Of a stretch of DNA of 64,000 nt, positions 25,586 to 34,839 are shown piece after piece. A program made the position numbers and the translations under genes. The first letter of the stretch is position 1. Each line of letters begins with the position of its first letter. The notes below the pieces were generated by a model. That model did not search any database. It saw nothing but the letters and a program-made list of their open reading frames with translations, and was not told where the DNA came from. The DNA comes from a virus, in IMG/VR virus record IMGVR_UViG_3300017991_000049, positions 128,001 through 192,000 of that record, one strand, 5' to 3'.

Positions 25586-25604
25586 GATAGCTGATGGCTA
25601 AAAG

Positions 25605-25628
25605 AAAGGCCCAGAATAGGGCCCTTCC
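25605..25628 (-). terminator. Rho-independent terminator
   Basis: The hairpin is GGCCC-TATTCT-GGGCC followed by TTTCTTTT. Confidence 0.45.
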
Positions 25629-25770
25629 TTGAATTGGTCGCTCGCCAGAACCCGCACAGAAAGTCCGGGGAGGTACGCCTAGCAGCCAACTGGCTACTGC
25701 CCTACGCGCATGTGTTACGCAGGACTTCGATGTTCTGGGCGTTGCACCCAGCACTCCCTGGACCCGCAGG

Positions 25771-27120
25771 TTATGCCGTAATCTCCTCGGGGTCGTGCAT
25801 CTTGTCTGGTGCAGTCTCCGCGGGGAGAGGCATCTGCTCTGAGATGTCAGCCCGGAACGTCAACGCCTCTGTTCCCGGCTTCTTCTCCGGCTTGACCTGT
25901 TCGTGGAAACGCCGCATGGCGCTCGTAGTCAGGCCGTAGCGCCGCTTGTTGTCCTTCTCGGTGTTCCTGGTGATCTTACGCAGCCGATTGGCCAACACTG
26001 CGGCATTCGCCTCGTATGTGTCAGCCTGCGCTTCGGCGTTGTTCATCAGACACTCGATGAAGCGTTCGATCGTTGCCGCCGGATAGTGGTACTGTGCACG
26101 CACCAGAGCGGCGCGAACAGGTGCCACACTCACATGCTTTTCGTGAGTGAACCGGTTGAACACAGAACAGGTCTCGCCGAAAGCCTCAGCGTGATCCTCA
26201 AAGAAGCACAACTGTGCCGGCTTGGACGGAGTTTCGCTCGGATGACGCATGCCGCGCATCGTCCAAGTGATGATGGGCGAAGAGCCATTCAAGTCGATCT
26301 TGCAGAAGCCTGCAGCGTTCTCAACCGTACGCTGCCGCCCAAGGTCCATCATCCGCACTGCCGCTTCGCTGAGCCCGACGAAAACGAGCGTCCTGAACGC
26401 AACGTCCTCTTCGATGCCGGCACGCAGCCGCGTCTGCCCATCGCCCAAGAACGGCTCCGGGAAGACGACGAACGAAATACCTTGTGGGGTATCCGCCCAA
26501 TTGTTGCTCGCCATGTCACTGGCGAACTGGCGCATGGTCGAATGCCCGATGGGCCGGTTGCGGCTGTTGTAGTGCTCCAGCCAATCGCGCCCGATAGTGG
26601 GAGCGACAGTCATCGGCGCTACCATCATGCCGAGACCGCACGGGACCAGCCGGGGCAGTCCCAGCTGCTTACCGAACGACTGCATCTGACGCTCTTCCGC
26701 CACCGTGATCTCGGGATCGAAATCCAGATCCAGCTCGATACGCTTGCCGCGCATCGGTGCCGGTAGCGTTGCCGGCTTGAACGCCTTGGTCGCCACAACC
26801 GATTCGGCAGACTTCAGACCCTTCAGGATGTCCATGACATCTTCTAGGTCCGTACGCACGCCGACAGGCTGCATCGTGTACAACATGCGGCAGTTCTCGC
26901 TCTTCTGTGGCTTAATGAAGAGCTCAATGCCGCTACCATCTTCGGCGAGACCCTGAACAAGCACCGGCTTGCCCTTGGCTGCGGGTGCCGGCGCCACGGG
27001 CGTCAACAACCACTTGCCGTCGATAGACTTCGCACGCAGGGCATTTTCGAGTCTTGCACGCGCTTGGCGGTGCACTCGCACGGATCCCACGCCATCCGTT
27101 AGGGTGAGTGAAAGTGACAT
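25771..27120 (-). CDS. Hypothetical protein, possibly ParB-like nuclease domain
   Basis: I chose the start at 27120 (MSLSLTLT) because a GGAGGAGG ribosome-binding site precedes it. 'FLGDGQTRLRAG' loosely resembles the ParB-N motif 'DGHHRLAA'. Confidence 0.35.
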   Translation of the reverse strand: MSLSLTLTDGVGSVRVHRQARARLENALRAKSIDGKWLLTPVAPAPAAKGKPVLVQGLAEDGSGIELFIKPQKSENCRMLYTMQPVGVRTDLEDVMDILKGLKSAESVVATKAFKPATLPAPMRGKRIELDLDFDPEITVAEERQMQSFGKQLGLPRLVPCGLGMMVAPMTVAPTIGRDWLEHYNSRNRPIGHSTMRQFASDMASNNWADTPQGISFVVFPEPFLGDGQTRLRAGIEEDVAFRTLVFVGLSEAAVRMMDLGRQRTVENAAGFCKIDLNGSSPIITWTMRGMRHPSETPSKPAQLCFFEDHAEAFGETCSVFNRFTHEKHVSVAPVRAALVRAQYHYPAATIERFIECLMNNAEAQADTYEANAAVLANRLRKITRNTEKDNKRRYGLTTSAMRRFHEQVKPEKKPGTEALTFRADISEQMPLPAETAPDKMHDPEEITA

Positions 27121-27198
27121 ACTTTCCTCCTCCTCTATTGGACAATACCCGGGCATAACGACTAGCCCGTACATCTTCTAATGCCGTGTTTCAGCACT

Positions 27199-27214
27199 TT
27201 GTTCACATGATCAA
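27199..27214 (-). promoter_or_regulatory. Conserved 16-bp motif (copy 7)
   Basis: The sense strand reads TTGATCATGTGAACAA and is preceded by terminator 27230..27272. Confidence 0.45.
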
Positions 27215-27229
27215 GATCGGCTGAGGGCT

Positions 27230-27272
27230 AAAGAAAAGAGGCAGGGCCCTGGGCTTGCGCCCAGAGCCCTGC
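27230..27272 (-). terminator. Rho-independent terminator
   Basis: A 13-bp stem, CAGGGCTCTGGGC-GCAA-GCCCAGGGCCCTG, is followed by CTCTTTTCTTT. Confidence 0.5.
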
Positions 27273-27290
27273 GGGATCGGAGCCTCTGTG

Positions 27291-27788
27291 TCATGCGCCA
27301 CGCATGGCCTTGGCTTGTCGTTCAAGCTCCCAGTCCATCGCGTAGCCTTGATCGCCTTCCTCGTACTCCCGGTACGCAGCGTCCCATGCGCGGCGTTCGG
27401 CGCTGTCGCTGTCGAGGAAGCCGGCGTGGACCTTGGCCCACTCGTATGCGTGTACGTCGTCGGGTTCGACGATCCACCAGTGTTCGGTGTCGTCGTGGTG
27501 CGGTGTCATAGTCCAGTGCTGCCCATCGACGTTGATCCTGAGGCCGACGCATCGGCTCTCAACCAACCTATCGCCGTCGAGATCCAAACGCGCGTCGAAC
27601 AGTGACGGACTGCAGCCAATGGTGTTGTCGAGCAGCTCGATCTGCACGTGCTCTCCCGGCTCGATCGAAGGGCTCGACGGATGGCCTGCTTGCTGTATGA
27701 CAACAACCAGGCGGTTAATCCACACGGATCTGTCGCTCAAGCCGAAAGCCCGAGCAAGGTCCGCCATCTTGGTGAACGAGAAGTACAT
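27291..27788 (-). CDS. Hypothetical protein
   Basis: The ORF is well defined. An AT-rich stretch upstream at 27841-27900 carries possible TTAAAA…TATAAG elements. Confidence 0.4.
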   Translation of the reverse strand: MYFSFTKMADLARAFGLSDRSVWINRLVVVIQQAGHPSSPSIEPGEHVQIELLDNTIGCSPSLFDARLDLDGDRLVESRCVGLRINVDGQHWTMTPHHDDTEHWWIVEPDDVHAYEWAKVHAGFLDSDSAERRAWDAAYREYEEGDQGYAMDWELERQAKAMRGA

Positions 27789-27955
27789 GGTGAGTTCCTT
27801 TCGAGAACTAAAGAAGGATTGGACAAGAGCGTTAGCTCTCTACCTTATATTGCCCCGTTTTATGTCGTTTTTAAGCAGCGTAGCGGGATGATACGACGGA
27901 TAATGAAGAACGCCCCGATTGAGTATGAGACCTCGGGGCCACGGTCCCAGCACAT

Positions 27956-28711
27956 TCACGTGTAGGCCACGTGTTTCTCCTTTCTGTGTCTATGCGCCAA
28001 CAGCACGCAGGTGCCGATGATCAGCATGGTGATCGTGGATGGTTCAGGCGTAATCGCAAAGCCTCCTGTGCCATGATCGAAAGAGCCTACGAACGACGCC
28101 TCGACTGTGTCCACGTCGATGGTCCACAGCGTACCGTTGTTCCAGGCATACAGCCCGTCGGGACCGTAATCGAACGCCCAGAACGTGTGACCGGGTAGCT
28201 GGCCAAGCGGGGTCGTTGAGCCAGACAGCATATCGACCTCGACCAGCCACTTGGATGCCTGATCCCAAATGAACGCCCGGCTGTCTGGCGCAATCGCAAA
28301 CGCCTCGATACTGACATACGGGAAGAGCGTGTGCATGACCCAGTAGCCGCCGTGCTCGGTATCGATCATGACCAGTTCGTTGTCATAATTGATGCCAAAC
28401 AGGTTATCCATTGGATCGAACGCTATGCTCCTGCATGTCCGGGGCGTCGTGCCGATGTACGTGCCGAGGCCAGACACGGGATCGATAGTCCACAGCTTCT
28501 CGTGCATGCTGGTGGCGTACAGCGTGCCGTCTGAGCTGCTATCGAGTGCGCGCACAGCCGCTATGCCGCTAGGGCCGCGTTGTGACTGTACGCCGGTTGA
28601 AAAGTCGGTGAGGTACAGAACAGAGTTGGCTGTACTGTCAACGACGTAGCCGACAGTCTCCGCGCTAGCAAAGCACGGAGTCAACAGAATCAGCAGCAAT
28701 GCGTACCGCAT
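27956..28711 (-). CDS. Secreted beta-propeller-like protein with PEP-CTERM sorting signal
   Basis: The signal peptide is 'MRYALLLILLTPCFASA'. The C-terminus, 'FAITPEPSTITMLIIGTCVLLAHRHRKEK', shows the PEP motif, a TM helix and a basic tail. Confidence 0.6.
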   Translation of the reverse strand: MRYALLLILLTPCFASAETVGYVVDSTANSVLYLTDFSTGVQSQRGPSGIAAVRALDSSSDGTLYATSMHEKLWTIDPVSGLGTYIGTTPRTCRSIAFDPMDNLFGINYDNELVMIDTEHGGYWVMHTLFPYVSIEAFAIAPDSRAFIWDQASKWLVEVDMLSGSTTPLGQLPGHTFWAFDYGPDGLYAWNNGTLWTIDVDTVEASFVGSFDHGTGGFAITPEPSTITMLIIGTCVLLAHRHRKEKHVAYT

Positions 28712-29051
28712 CGTCGAACTCCTCCTCTTCATAGGGGAGCATTAGCGTCTGCCAGTAATCGTCTTGTGCCATTTCTGCCATCCAGCCTTCAACGCCAAGA
28801 CGGTGCAGCCGCGAGTAATGCTTCCTGATGTAAGGAACACGGGGGTCTTCCTCCCTGTCCAAACGCTCCAGCTCCGCTATCGCTTCGTCCGTCTCAAGCA
28901 GCAGTAGCCGCTTGAGCCAGGACAACGTGTACTTCGCGTCGCGCACAAGCTGCGCATTCAACGCGCTACTGGCCGCCGACGACGTCCGTGTGGACGCTGT
29001 CCGCCAGTAGTCAGTGACGATCTGCAACACTCTGTCGCGGGTATACGACAT
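28665..29051 (-). CDS. Hypothetical protein
   Basis: The ORF has an Arg-rich N-terminus. It overlaps the upstream end of the PEP-CTERM gene. Confidence 0.35.
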   Translation of the reverse strand: MSYTRDRVLQIVTDYWRTASTRTSSAASSALNAQLVRDAKYTLSWLKRLLLLETDEAIAELERLDREEDPRVPYIRKHYSRLHRLGVEGWMAEMAQDDYWQTLMLPYEEEEFDDAVRIAADSVDSVLC

Positions 29052-29069
29052 CGCATACTCCTTTCTGGG

Positions 29070-29510
29070 TTAGCGTCGCCTGCCGAAGAAATAGATGCCG
29101 TGGTGAGTTGCGGCAATGGGCTCGTCGGTCGCTGACATGCCGCCTCTGCGCACAGTCTCGCCCGCCAGCGGGTTGAACTTGAGGATCGGTGGCGCATGTG
29201 CGCGCCATACATCGATGCTCCCGGGCAGTTTGACTTCCCGCCCTTCTGATAAGAGGTTCGCCCACTCGCTGTGATAGGCGGGGATGATATACCACGTACC
29301 GTCCGGCGCGACCATGTACTTGCGGTACTTGGTCGTCTCGTCGTTCTCGGCGACCGTGGTCTCAACAACAGCCCAGCGCTCATAGGTGGGCAGCTCCGAG
29401 ACCAGTGTCATACCGTCACTGCGCTCTCCTACGCCGCCGACGCTGTAAATCAGCACGAAAGCGATGGCCACGATGGCCACGATGGCCACAATGAAATCCT
29501 GTGTACGCAT
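29070..29510 (-). CDS. N-terminally membrane-anchored protein
   Basis: The N-terminus reads 'FIVAIVAIVAIAFVLIY'. This stretch is encoded by a 3x tandem 9-bp repeat. Confidence 0.4.
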   Translation of the reverse strand: MRTQDFIVAIVAIVAIAFVLIYSVGGVGERSDGMTLVSELPTYERWAVVETTVAENDETTKYRKYMVAPDGTWYIIPAYHSEWANLLSEGREVKLPGSIDVWRAHAPPILKFNPLAGETVRRGGMSATDEPIAATHHGIYFFGRRR

Positions 29511-29534
29511 GGGTTAGATTCCTTTCGTAGGGAT

Positions 29535-29569
29535 GAAAAGCGGAGGGGCGGCGACAAGCCGCCCCTCCA
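29535..29569 (-). terminator. Rho-independent terminator
   Basis: The hairpin is GGAGGGGCGGC-TTGTC-GCCGCCCCTCC followed by GCTTTTCAT. Confidence 0.45.
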
Positions 29570-29824
29570 GGGCCAGTACCTCCCTCATCGGGAAGTTCAA
29601 TGTGTACGAAAAACGCGGCCGAGAGCTCAATGAGCACCCGGCCGCGATGGTCCGTTTCCGCATACTGCAGGCGAGATTTGAATAAAGACTCCTGCAGGCC
29701 AGTCGTGACCGCAAGGCTGTCGAGGCAAGGATCTTCGCCTCGGTGGGTACGGGCGCAAGGCTCATGTCAACCGTGCGCTAACGGACAACCTTTACACCAC
29801 CGTCCTCCACGACACTCACCAACC

Positions 29825-30178
29825 TTATGCGGGAACGGCACGCGCGATCTCGTCCAGCTCTTCCAGCAGATCAGAGACCTCGATCACGTCCGGCAGCATT
29901 GTCGCATGCTCGCTCGGATCAGCGTACTCGTAGATATTCACGTCGCCCTCGCGCTCCTCGGCCATGATGAACTCATGGGCCAGCGCGTCGGGGCTTTCGG
30001 GGTACTCACGAACGCGTACGACGAGCACCCGGCAGTTGTCTCGTCGTCGCCTGCGCCTCTCCACGTAGTAGAAGCGCACGGAACCGCAGAGCGTACTGTC
30101 TGCAGTCGTCAGAAAATTGATCACCGGGACACCAGGCGGCAGGCCTTCAAGCCAAGCCTGTGTTTCTTGAATGGTCAT
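29825..30178 (-). CDS. Hypothetical acidic protein
   Basis: The ORF is well defined. Confidence 0.35.
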   Translation of the reverse strand: MTIQETQAWLEGLPPGVPVINFLTTADSTLCGSVRFYYVERRRRRRDNCRVLVVRVREYPESPDALAHEFIMAEEREGDVNIYEYADPSEHATMLPDVIEVSDLLEELDEIARAVPA

Positions 30179-30201
30179 GGGTCGTTCCTTTCGGGGGAAG
30201 G

Positions 30202-30429
30202 TTACTTATGGCAGCCCTTCAGGGCATGACGCTCGGCCAGCTCTATATCGATAAAGCCGACGCGGGTACTACCGATCGTCATCTGCCAGTCAATGTCATT
30301 CTCTATGTCGAGATGACGTTTGTTTAATCGCCAGCCCCTGCCTTCGTTGAAGAGCTTGATGGGGCCGTCAGGTAGCGTTTGCGTTACAGTCTCCTTTCCT
30401 TGTGGGACTGGGTTGTTTCCTACTAACAC
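30202..30429 (-). CDS. Small hypothetical protein
   Basis: Support is weak: this is an ORF between two neighbouring genes. Confidence 0.3.
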   Translation of the reverse strand: MLVGNNPVPQGKETVTQTLPDGPIKLFNEGRGWRLNKRHLDIENDIDWQMTIGSTRVGFIDIELAERHALKGCHK

Positions 30430-30497
30430 ACTGTCCTCCTTTCACAGGGAGACCCGCTGGGCGCCCCACCGCGGGTACGCCCAGCGGGCACAACTCA

Positions 30498-30707
30498 TTA
30501 TTTCATGCGGAGCAGACACCACGGCATCCTGACGCCCAGCAGATACCAGCTAGGCGACCAGATGAAAATGGCAGCTAGCAGCAATCCGAATTCGCTGCGC
30601 GTCCATTCGGCGGTATGCATAGCCCAATCACACACGTGGTAGGCGAGTATACCGCCCATGAACCACAGCACAGCTGCCAACGCGGTGACAGCTATCAGCG
30701 CCCTCAT
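30498..30707 (-). CDS. Small two-TM membrane protein (holin-like topology)
   Basis: The product 'MRALIAVTALAAVLWFMGGILAYHVCDWAMHTAEWTRSEFGLLLAAIFIWSPSWYLLG' starts in an ATGA overlap with the stop codon of the HD gene. Confidence 0.4.
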   Translation of the reverse strand: MRALIAVTALAAVLWFMGGILAYHVCDWAMHTAEWTRSEFGLLLAAIFIWSPSWYLLGVRMPWCLLRMK

Positions 30708-31351
30708 ACGCTCTGACATACGTAGCCCTCCTGCCGTAATAGCCTGCGCATCCCGTCCAGATCGTCTGCAACCCGGAGGTCGAAGATCGGCTGCATGACT
30801 TCTTGAATACGCGCCTCGGTCTCGGGGAAATACGTGCGCCGTCCGTATCCGTCTGGGCCGTACTTCAGCCACAGATGGTTTGCCGCCCGCCGCAGCTGCG
30901 CTACTTCGCTCAGCTCTGGATGGTGGCGCTCGCCGTGGGCGTATGCACGCAAATATGCGTGCGCCGTGTCCACTGGCGTACGATCGGCGTCCGCAACAAT
31001 TTGCTCCAACACGGTCTCCGGCTTGCCGGTCGACGCTCTGTGTTGGCGTACTGCGCCTGCAATGGCATTGAGTCCTTTTTCGTTGAACTCGCGCTGCAGC
31101 ACTTCGTCATTGAGCACGATCTGCGCTCCCACGTTCTCGTGGTCCTCACGGCCTTCCGCCAACCCGACGTCGTGGTAGATGGCTGCGATCTCAGCCAGCA
31201 TCACTTGGTCGGGCGCGTGGATACGCGCAAGGTAGGCCGCCTGACGTCGGACGGCCCGCATGTGTCTTTGGTCATGGCCCAAGTCGAACCCGTCGTATAG
31301 CCGGGCGACTTCGAACAACCTGCGGTGCAGGCTGGTCGTACACTGCGACAT
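30704..31351 (-). CDS. HD-domain phosphohydrolase
   Basis: The first His sits in 'LGHDQRHMRAV' and the HD dyad in 'LAEIAAIYHDVGLAEG'. Confidence 0.6.
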   Translation of the reverse strand: MSQCTTSLHRRLFEVARLYDGFDLGHDQRHMRAVRRQAAYLARIHAPDQVMLAEIAAIYHDVGLAEGREDHENVGAQIVLNDEVLQREFNEKGLNAIAGAVRQHRASTGKPETVLEQIVADADRTPVDTAHAYLRAYAHGERHHPELSEVAQLRRAANHLWLKYGPDGYGRRTYFPETEARIQEVMQPIFDLRVADDLDGMRRLLRQEGYVCQSV

Positions 31352-31477
31352 GAACTACCCTCCTTAGCTAAGGGGAAAGAAATGATAAACGTCTCCACGT
31401 GATAATGCCCTACACATGGTAGTTTTTAAGGGCTAAAGAAAGGCCCACGAACGCGGACCTTTCCCAAATGATAAGGC

Positions 31478-32233
31478 TCATTTGGTCAGACGTGCAGCAC
31501 GCCGCGCCTGTTCGGCAGCGTCATACTCGTCCAACCGTATGAGTGTTTGGATGTTCTCTGGCAGATGCGCACGGAGTCGGCGCATCGTCGCTTCGTGGTA
31601 GTCGAAGTTAGGGTCATAGCCTTTCGGCGTTTCCTTGTTTCCGACTACCGCCCACAACATTGGGGTTTCCACCCACGGCTCTAAGAACTCGCCGTTGGCA
31701 GCCAACCGGTTGAGGGACGTTATGATACCCTCGCGGGCATCGTGGTCGCCGATCCAGACGAGATCGTCCTCGTCCTTGGCGAAATGACCACTGGACGTGT
31801 ACTCCCAGTGATTGTCTGTAGAATCCGGTCGCCAATTGTACCAGCACTTTGCATTGTTCACGCACATGGATGGCTCTGCACCGCGTTCGCCGATCCAATC
31901 GAGATATTCGCAAAGCAACAACTGACCGGGGGATCTCCAGTATGCATGCCAGTAGAGCCAGCACCTGTCTGACTCCACTAGTTCCGCACCTACGGGCTCG
32001 AAGCCGTTACTACGCAGTATGTGGTCAAACTTGATCATAGAGCAGCTGAAGTCGGTGTCTCCAGCGTTTTCCATGACCCTGCGTTTGTTTTGCACATGTG
32101 CGAAATGCAGTTGCAAGCCCAGTGCCTCCGTGTCCTTATCCTCCTTGTAAGACTTGCCCGTGATCCGCTCGGCTTCTGCCAATGGATCAAAGCGCATGGC
32201 CTCCTCTGGAGTCTTGGGCAACTCAGGTAGCAT
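31478..32233 (-). CDS. Hypothetical protein
   Basis: The Trp-rich product contains 'DRCWLYWHAYW'. Confidence 0.4.
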   Translation of the reverse strand: MLPELPKTPEEAMRFDPLAEAERITGKSYKEDKDTEALGLQLHFAHVQNKRRVMENAGDTDFSCSMIKFDHILRSNGFEPVGAELVESDRCWLYWHAYWRSPGQLLLCEYLDWIGERGAEPSMCVNNAKCWYNWRPDSTDNHWEYTSSGHFAKDEDDLVWIGDHDAREGIITSLNRLAANGEFLEPWVETPMLWAVVGNKETPKGYDPNFDYHEATMRRLRAHLPENIQTLIRLDEYDAAEQARRAARLTK

Positions 32234-32247
32234 CCGTTCTCCTAACC

Positions 32248-33231
32248 CTACATAAGGTGGACGGGAGTGTTTTTGTCGTAGACCACAAAGTCACGCGCAA
32301 TCAACTGCATGATCTGTTCGGTACTCAGTGGATCGCTCATCACGCCGCTCACCAACGCGATGCGCTCATCGCCTTTGACGATGAACAAGCGCTCTGGATG
32401 CGTAGCCCATTCGATAGCCTTCCGCGGGTCGTCCTTATGCGACTGTAGCGCAGCTGCGTGAATACGCTCTCTGGCTTCCAGCTCGTCGGGGTGGGTGTCA
32501 GCGTCAGGCTTGGGCCGCGTCTCTGCCTGTCGCTGCTTGACCATCTCCACCAACAGCTCTGGCGCACCTAGGCGCTCCAACATCTCGGGATTAGCGAGGT
32601 CGCTGAGCATTTCCACGATAGCACCACGGCTGGCGTACAACGTGTGCAATGCCAACGCGGCGTCGATGCGCTTTTGCGTGTAGCTTACCAGCGCTTGCAC
32701 GAACTCGTCGCGCGCCGCCTCGATTACGTCCGCAGGCATACCATCGCGTTCTTGATCGATTTGCTCCAGTATGTTCGCGAGCACGTCCTTCGGGTCGTGA
32801 ACAGTGTCTGTAGCAAGGTCACCGTGTATCGCTCCGAAGATGGACACCATCGTGCCATCGTGCTGTATCTGATCCAGCACTTCGCTCTTGTGCATAAGCC
32901 CAACAGCGTAGAGCTCGAACGCGATGTCCGGCCAGACCCGATCCAGCACGTACATGGTCAACACCCAGCGGTCAGCCAGGTTGCGCAGGTCCAGCTTCGA
33001 CAGAAAGCGCTCTTCCAGCTTGTCGTGCTGCTCTGGCGGCACCATCTCTTTCAGCATCGCCTCCATCGGCTCCAAAGCCTCATCGACCGCGGCGGGCGTA
33101 GCCTCCAGTATGTTGCGTGCGGACCGCAGCAGGCTAACGTAGGCTTTCGACGCTTCCGGCGTCATCATCGGCATAACTGTCTCCTTACAGACCCCTACAA
33201 TGAAAAAGCGGCTGTGCCCGGGGTTGAGCAC
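32248..33231 (-). CDS. Hypothetical protein
   Basis: The ORF is well defined and ends at terminator 33201..33239. Confidence 0.4.
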   Translation of the reverse strand: MLNPGHSRFFIVGVCKETVMPMMTPEASKAYVSLLRSARNILEATPAAVDEALEPMEAMLKEMVPPEQHDKLEERFLSKLDLRNLADRWVLTMYVLDRVWPDIAFELYAVGLMHKSEVLDQIQHDGTMVSIFGAIHGDLATDTVHDPKDVLANILEQIDQERDGMPADVIEAARDEFVQALVSYTQKRIDAALALHTLYASRGAIVEMLSDLANPEMLERLGAPELLVEMVKQRQAETRPKPDADTHPDELEARERIHAAALQSHKDDPRKAIEWATHPERLFIVKGDERIALVSGVMSDPLSTEQIMQLIARDFVVYDKNTPVHLM

Positions 33232-33239
33232 AGCCGCTT
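33201..33239 (-). terminator. Rho-independent terminator
   Basis: A 12-bp stem, AAGCGGCTGTGC…GCACAGCCGCTT, is followed by TTTTCATT. Confidence 0.5.
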
Positions 33240-33258
33240 TGTATATGGTTACTGCCCG

Positions 33259-33816
33259 CTACTTCGTATTCGTGATCGTGCCGTATCCCTCGAAGTCGGC
33301 CGACTTGCTGACGGCATGACGTGTCTTGGGCGTGTTACTCACTGCCGGCTCGGCAGACGATGATCGGTAAGATCCGTAATGCGCCCATGGCATACGATAC
33401 GGGTCACCACGCCGCTGAGGCGGCACATACCGGTCGGGCGGTTGCGTATCGGGCACGCTGATCGGCGGTGGTAGCGCTTCACGCGCCCGCCGCTGTTCCC
33501 GTGTCACCTCGTCGAGATGCCGTCGAAGGTCCTCGAGGATCGCGTCGTTGACGTCCAGCTCCTCCTGTGGCGGCGAGTGGTCCTCCGTGAGCTCTTCGTC
33601 GGCAGCGAACCGCATCAGCGTCTCACAGGCACAGTTCTCGCACTTGGCCAGCCGGTCAAGCGCGGTCTCGTACGGCACGGGCGTACCACGCGGAATCTCC
33701 ACGTCGCCCTGCCAATCGCAATTGGTACAGAAACACTCGATTGTGTACGTACCTTCCGGCTTTTCAGCCTTGCCGTCTCTCAGACGTATACCGCGGGGTG
33801 CTCGATCTTCAGCCAT
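33259..33816 (-). CDS. Zinc-ribbon protein
   Basis: The product has 'CFCTNCDWQG…CENCACE'. Motif copy 8 lies 4 nt upstream of the ATG. Confidence 0.4.
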   Translation of the reverse strand: MAEDRAPRGIRLRDGKAEKPEGTYTIECFCTNCDWQGDVEIPRGTPVPYETALDRLAKCENCACETLMRFAADEELTEDHSPPQEELDVNDAILEDLRRHLDEVTREQRRAREALPPPISVPDTQPPDRYVPPQRRGDPYRMPWAHYGSYRSSSAEPAVSNTPKTRHAVSKSADFEGYGTITNTK

Positions 33817-33820
33817 GATT

Positions 33821-33836
33821 TTGTTCTTGTGATCAA
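33821..33836 (-). promoter_or_regulatory. Conserved 16-bp motif (copy 8)
   Basis: The sense strand reads TTGATCACAAGAACAA and contains the upstream gene's TGA stop codon. Confidence 0.45.
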
Positions 33837-34366
33837 AGTTCGCCGCCGTTGCGAGTCTCGTCCTCCTTCGGACAAGCGCCGCTTATTGGGCATTCGTCGC
33901 AATCACACTCGCCGTCCTCAAGCATCTGGGCGATAGGCCCCAGCTGCGTGGTTGGCTGCATAGCCGGTGATGGCGGTTGCGTCGGCGGGCAGAAGTGTTT
34001 CTGGTAAGCCAGCGCATACTCTGCGCTTACCTCCATCAACTCCATTGTACGGACATCGCGCCTGATGCCAGTCGGCGAGTAGCGCCCACCGTAGGGCACC
34101 ATAGCAAATGGCCCCGTGTTTTGCACATGGGGTACGTCGCCGATGCGGTCAAGCGGTTCCAGGATGATCCATGGCGGGCAGTACACCTCGATGCGGAATA
34201 CACGCCCGTGGAGGCTCTTATCCTCCTCTAGCTGCGGACCATCATCACCATACATAGCAGGCGGAAACTGCATTGATGGCGGGTTGAACGGACCCTTTGT
34301 GACGGTCACCATCTTTCCTGGGGTGTAGTCGTCAGGTTTTAGTGTGCGCACGTTTGGTACCTCCAT
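33833..34366 (-). CDS. Hypothetical protein
   Basis: The ORF is well defined. Its C-terminus reads 'CDCDECPISGACP'. Confidence 0.4.
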   Translation of the reverse strand: MEVPNVRTLKPDDYTPGKMVTVTKGPFNPPSMQFPPAMYGDDGPQLEEDKSLHGRVFRIEVYCPPWIILEPLDRIGDVPHVQNTGPFAMVPYGGRYSPTGIRRDVRTMELMEVSAEYALAYQKHFCPPTQPPSPAMQPTTQLGPIAQMLEDGECDCDECPISGACPKEDETRNGGEL

Positions 34367-34407
34367 GCAACATTATGACAGAATCCGGGCAGAGGCGTAA
34401 TAGACGC

Positions 34408-34614
34408 CTAGCCCACCTCGTGGGTGACGAGCGTACGCCCGCTACTCACTTCGACGACCGCGCCGCGGACAGCATCAGGACGCTTTGAGACGCTCCTGGC
34501 CAACTGCTCTGCCTCGTCAAAGTCATCCGTGTAGTCGACGATGATGTCGTTCTCACCTTCCGGACGTTCGACGAGTATTTGATACGCGCCGGCTCGTTTG
34601 GGGTAATGCGTCAT
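34408..34614 (-). CDS. Small hypothetical protein
   Basis: This is a short ORF. Confidence 0.3.
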   Translation of the reverse strand: MTHYPKRAGAYQILVERPEGENDIIVDYTDDFDEAEQLARSVSKRPDAVRGAVVEVSSGRTLVTHEVG

Positions 34615-34839
34615 TGAACACCTCCCTGTAGAGATCTGAAACGCGGCGGGTAGCGTTCCCGCCGCCGTTTGGGAGATGCAACCAGATAGATTGCGACCCT
34701 GCCGCTGTCCTCCGAGGCTGCATCTTGCTCCATTTATCCCGGACTAGTTGCCATACGGTCCCAGACCGGTCGATGGCGTAACCAGGCCAGTCCGGCAGTT
34801 GCCGGATTTCCACGGACAGCTTCGGCAGCTTCGTGGCCA

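Noticed and set aside
30498-30872. 124-aa version of the small membrane ORF overlapping the HD gene by about 170 nt
   Set aside because: The N-terminal half is Arg/Pro-rich and non-protein-like. An internal ATG at 30707 overlaps the HD stop (ATGA) and gives a clean two-TM protein.
31380-31440. AT-rich stretch with TTAAAAA…TTATCA that could be a sigma70 promoter
   Set aside because: It is only a weak match, with a poor -10 element. I noted it in the text but did not call it as a feature.
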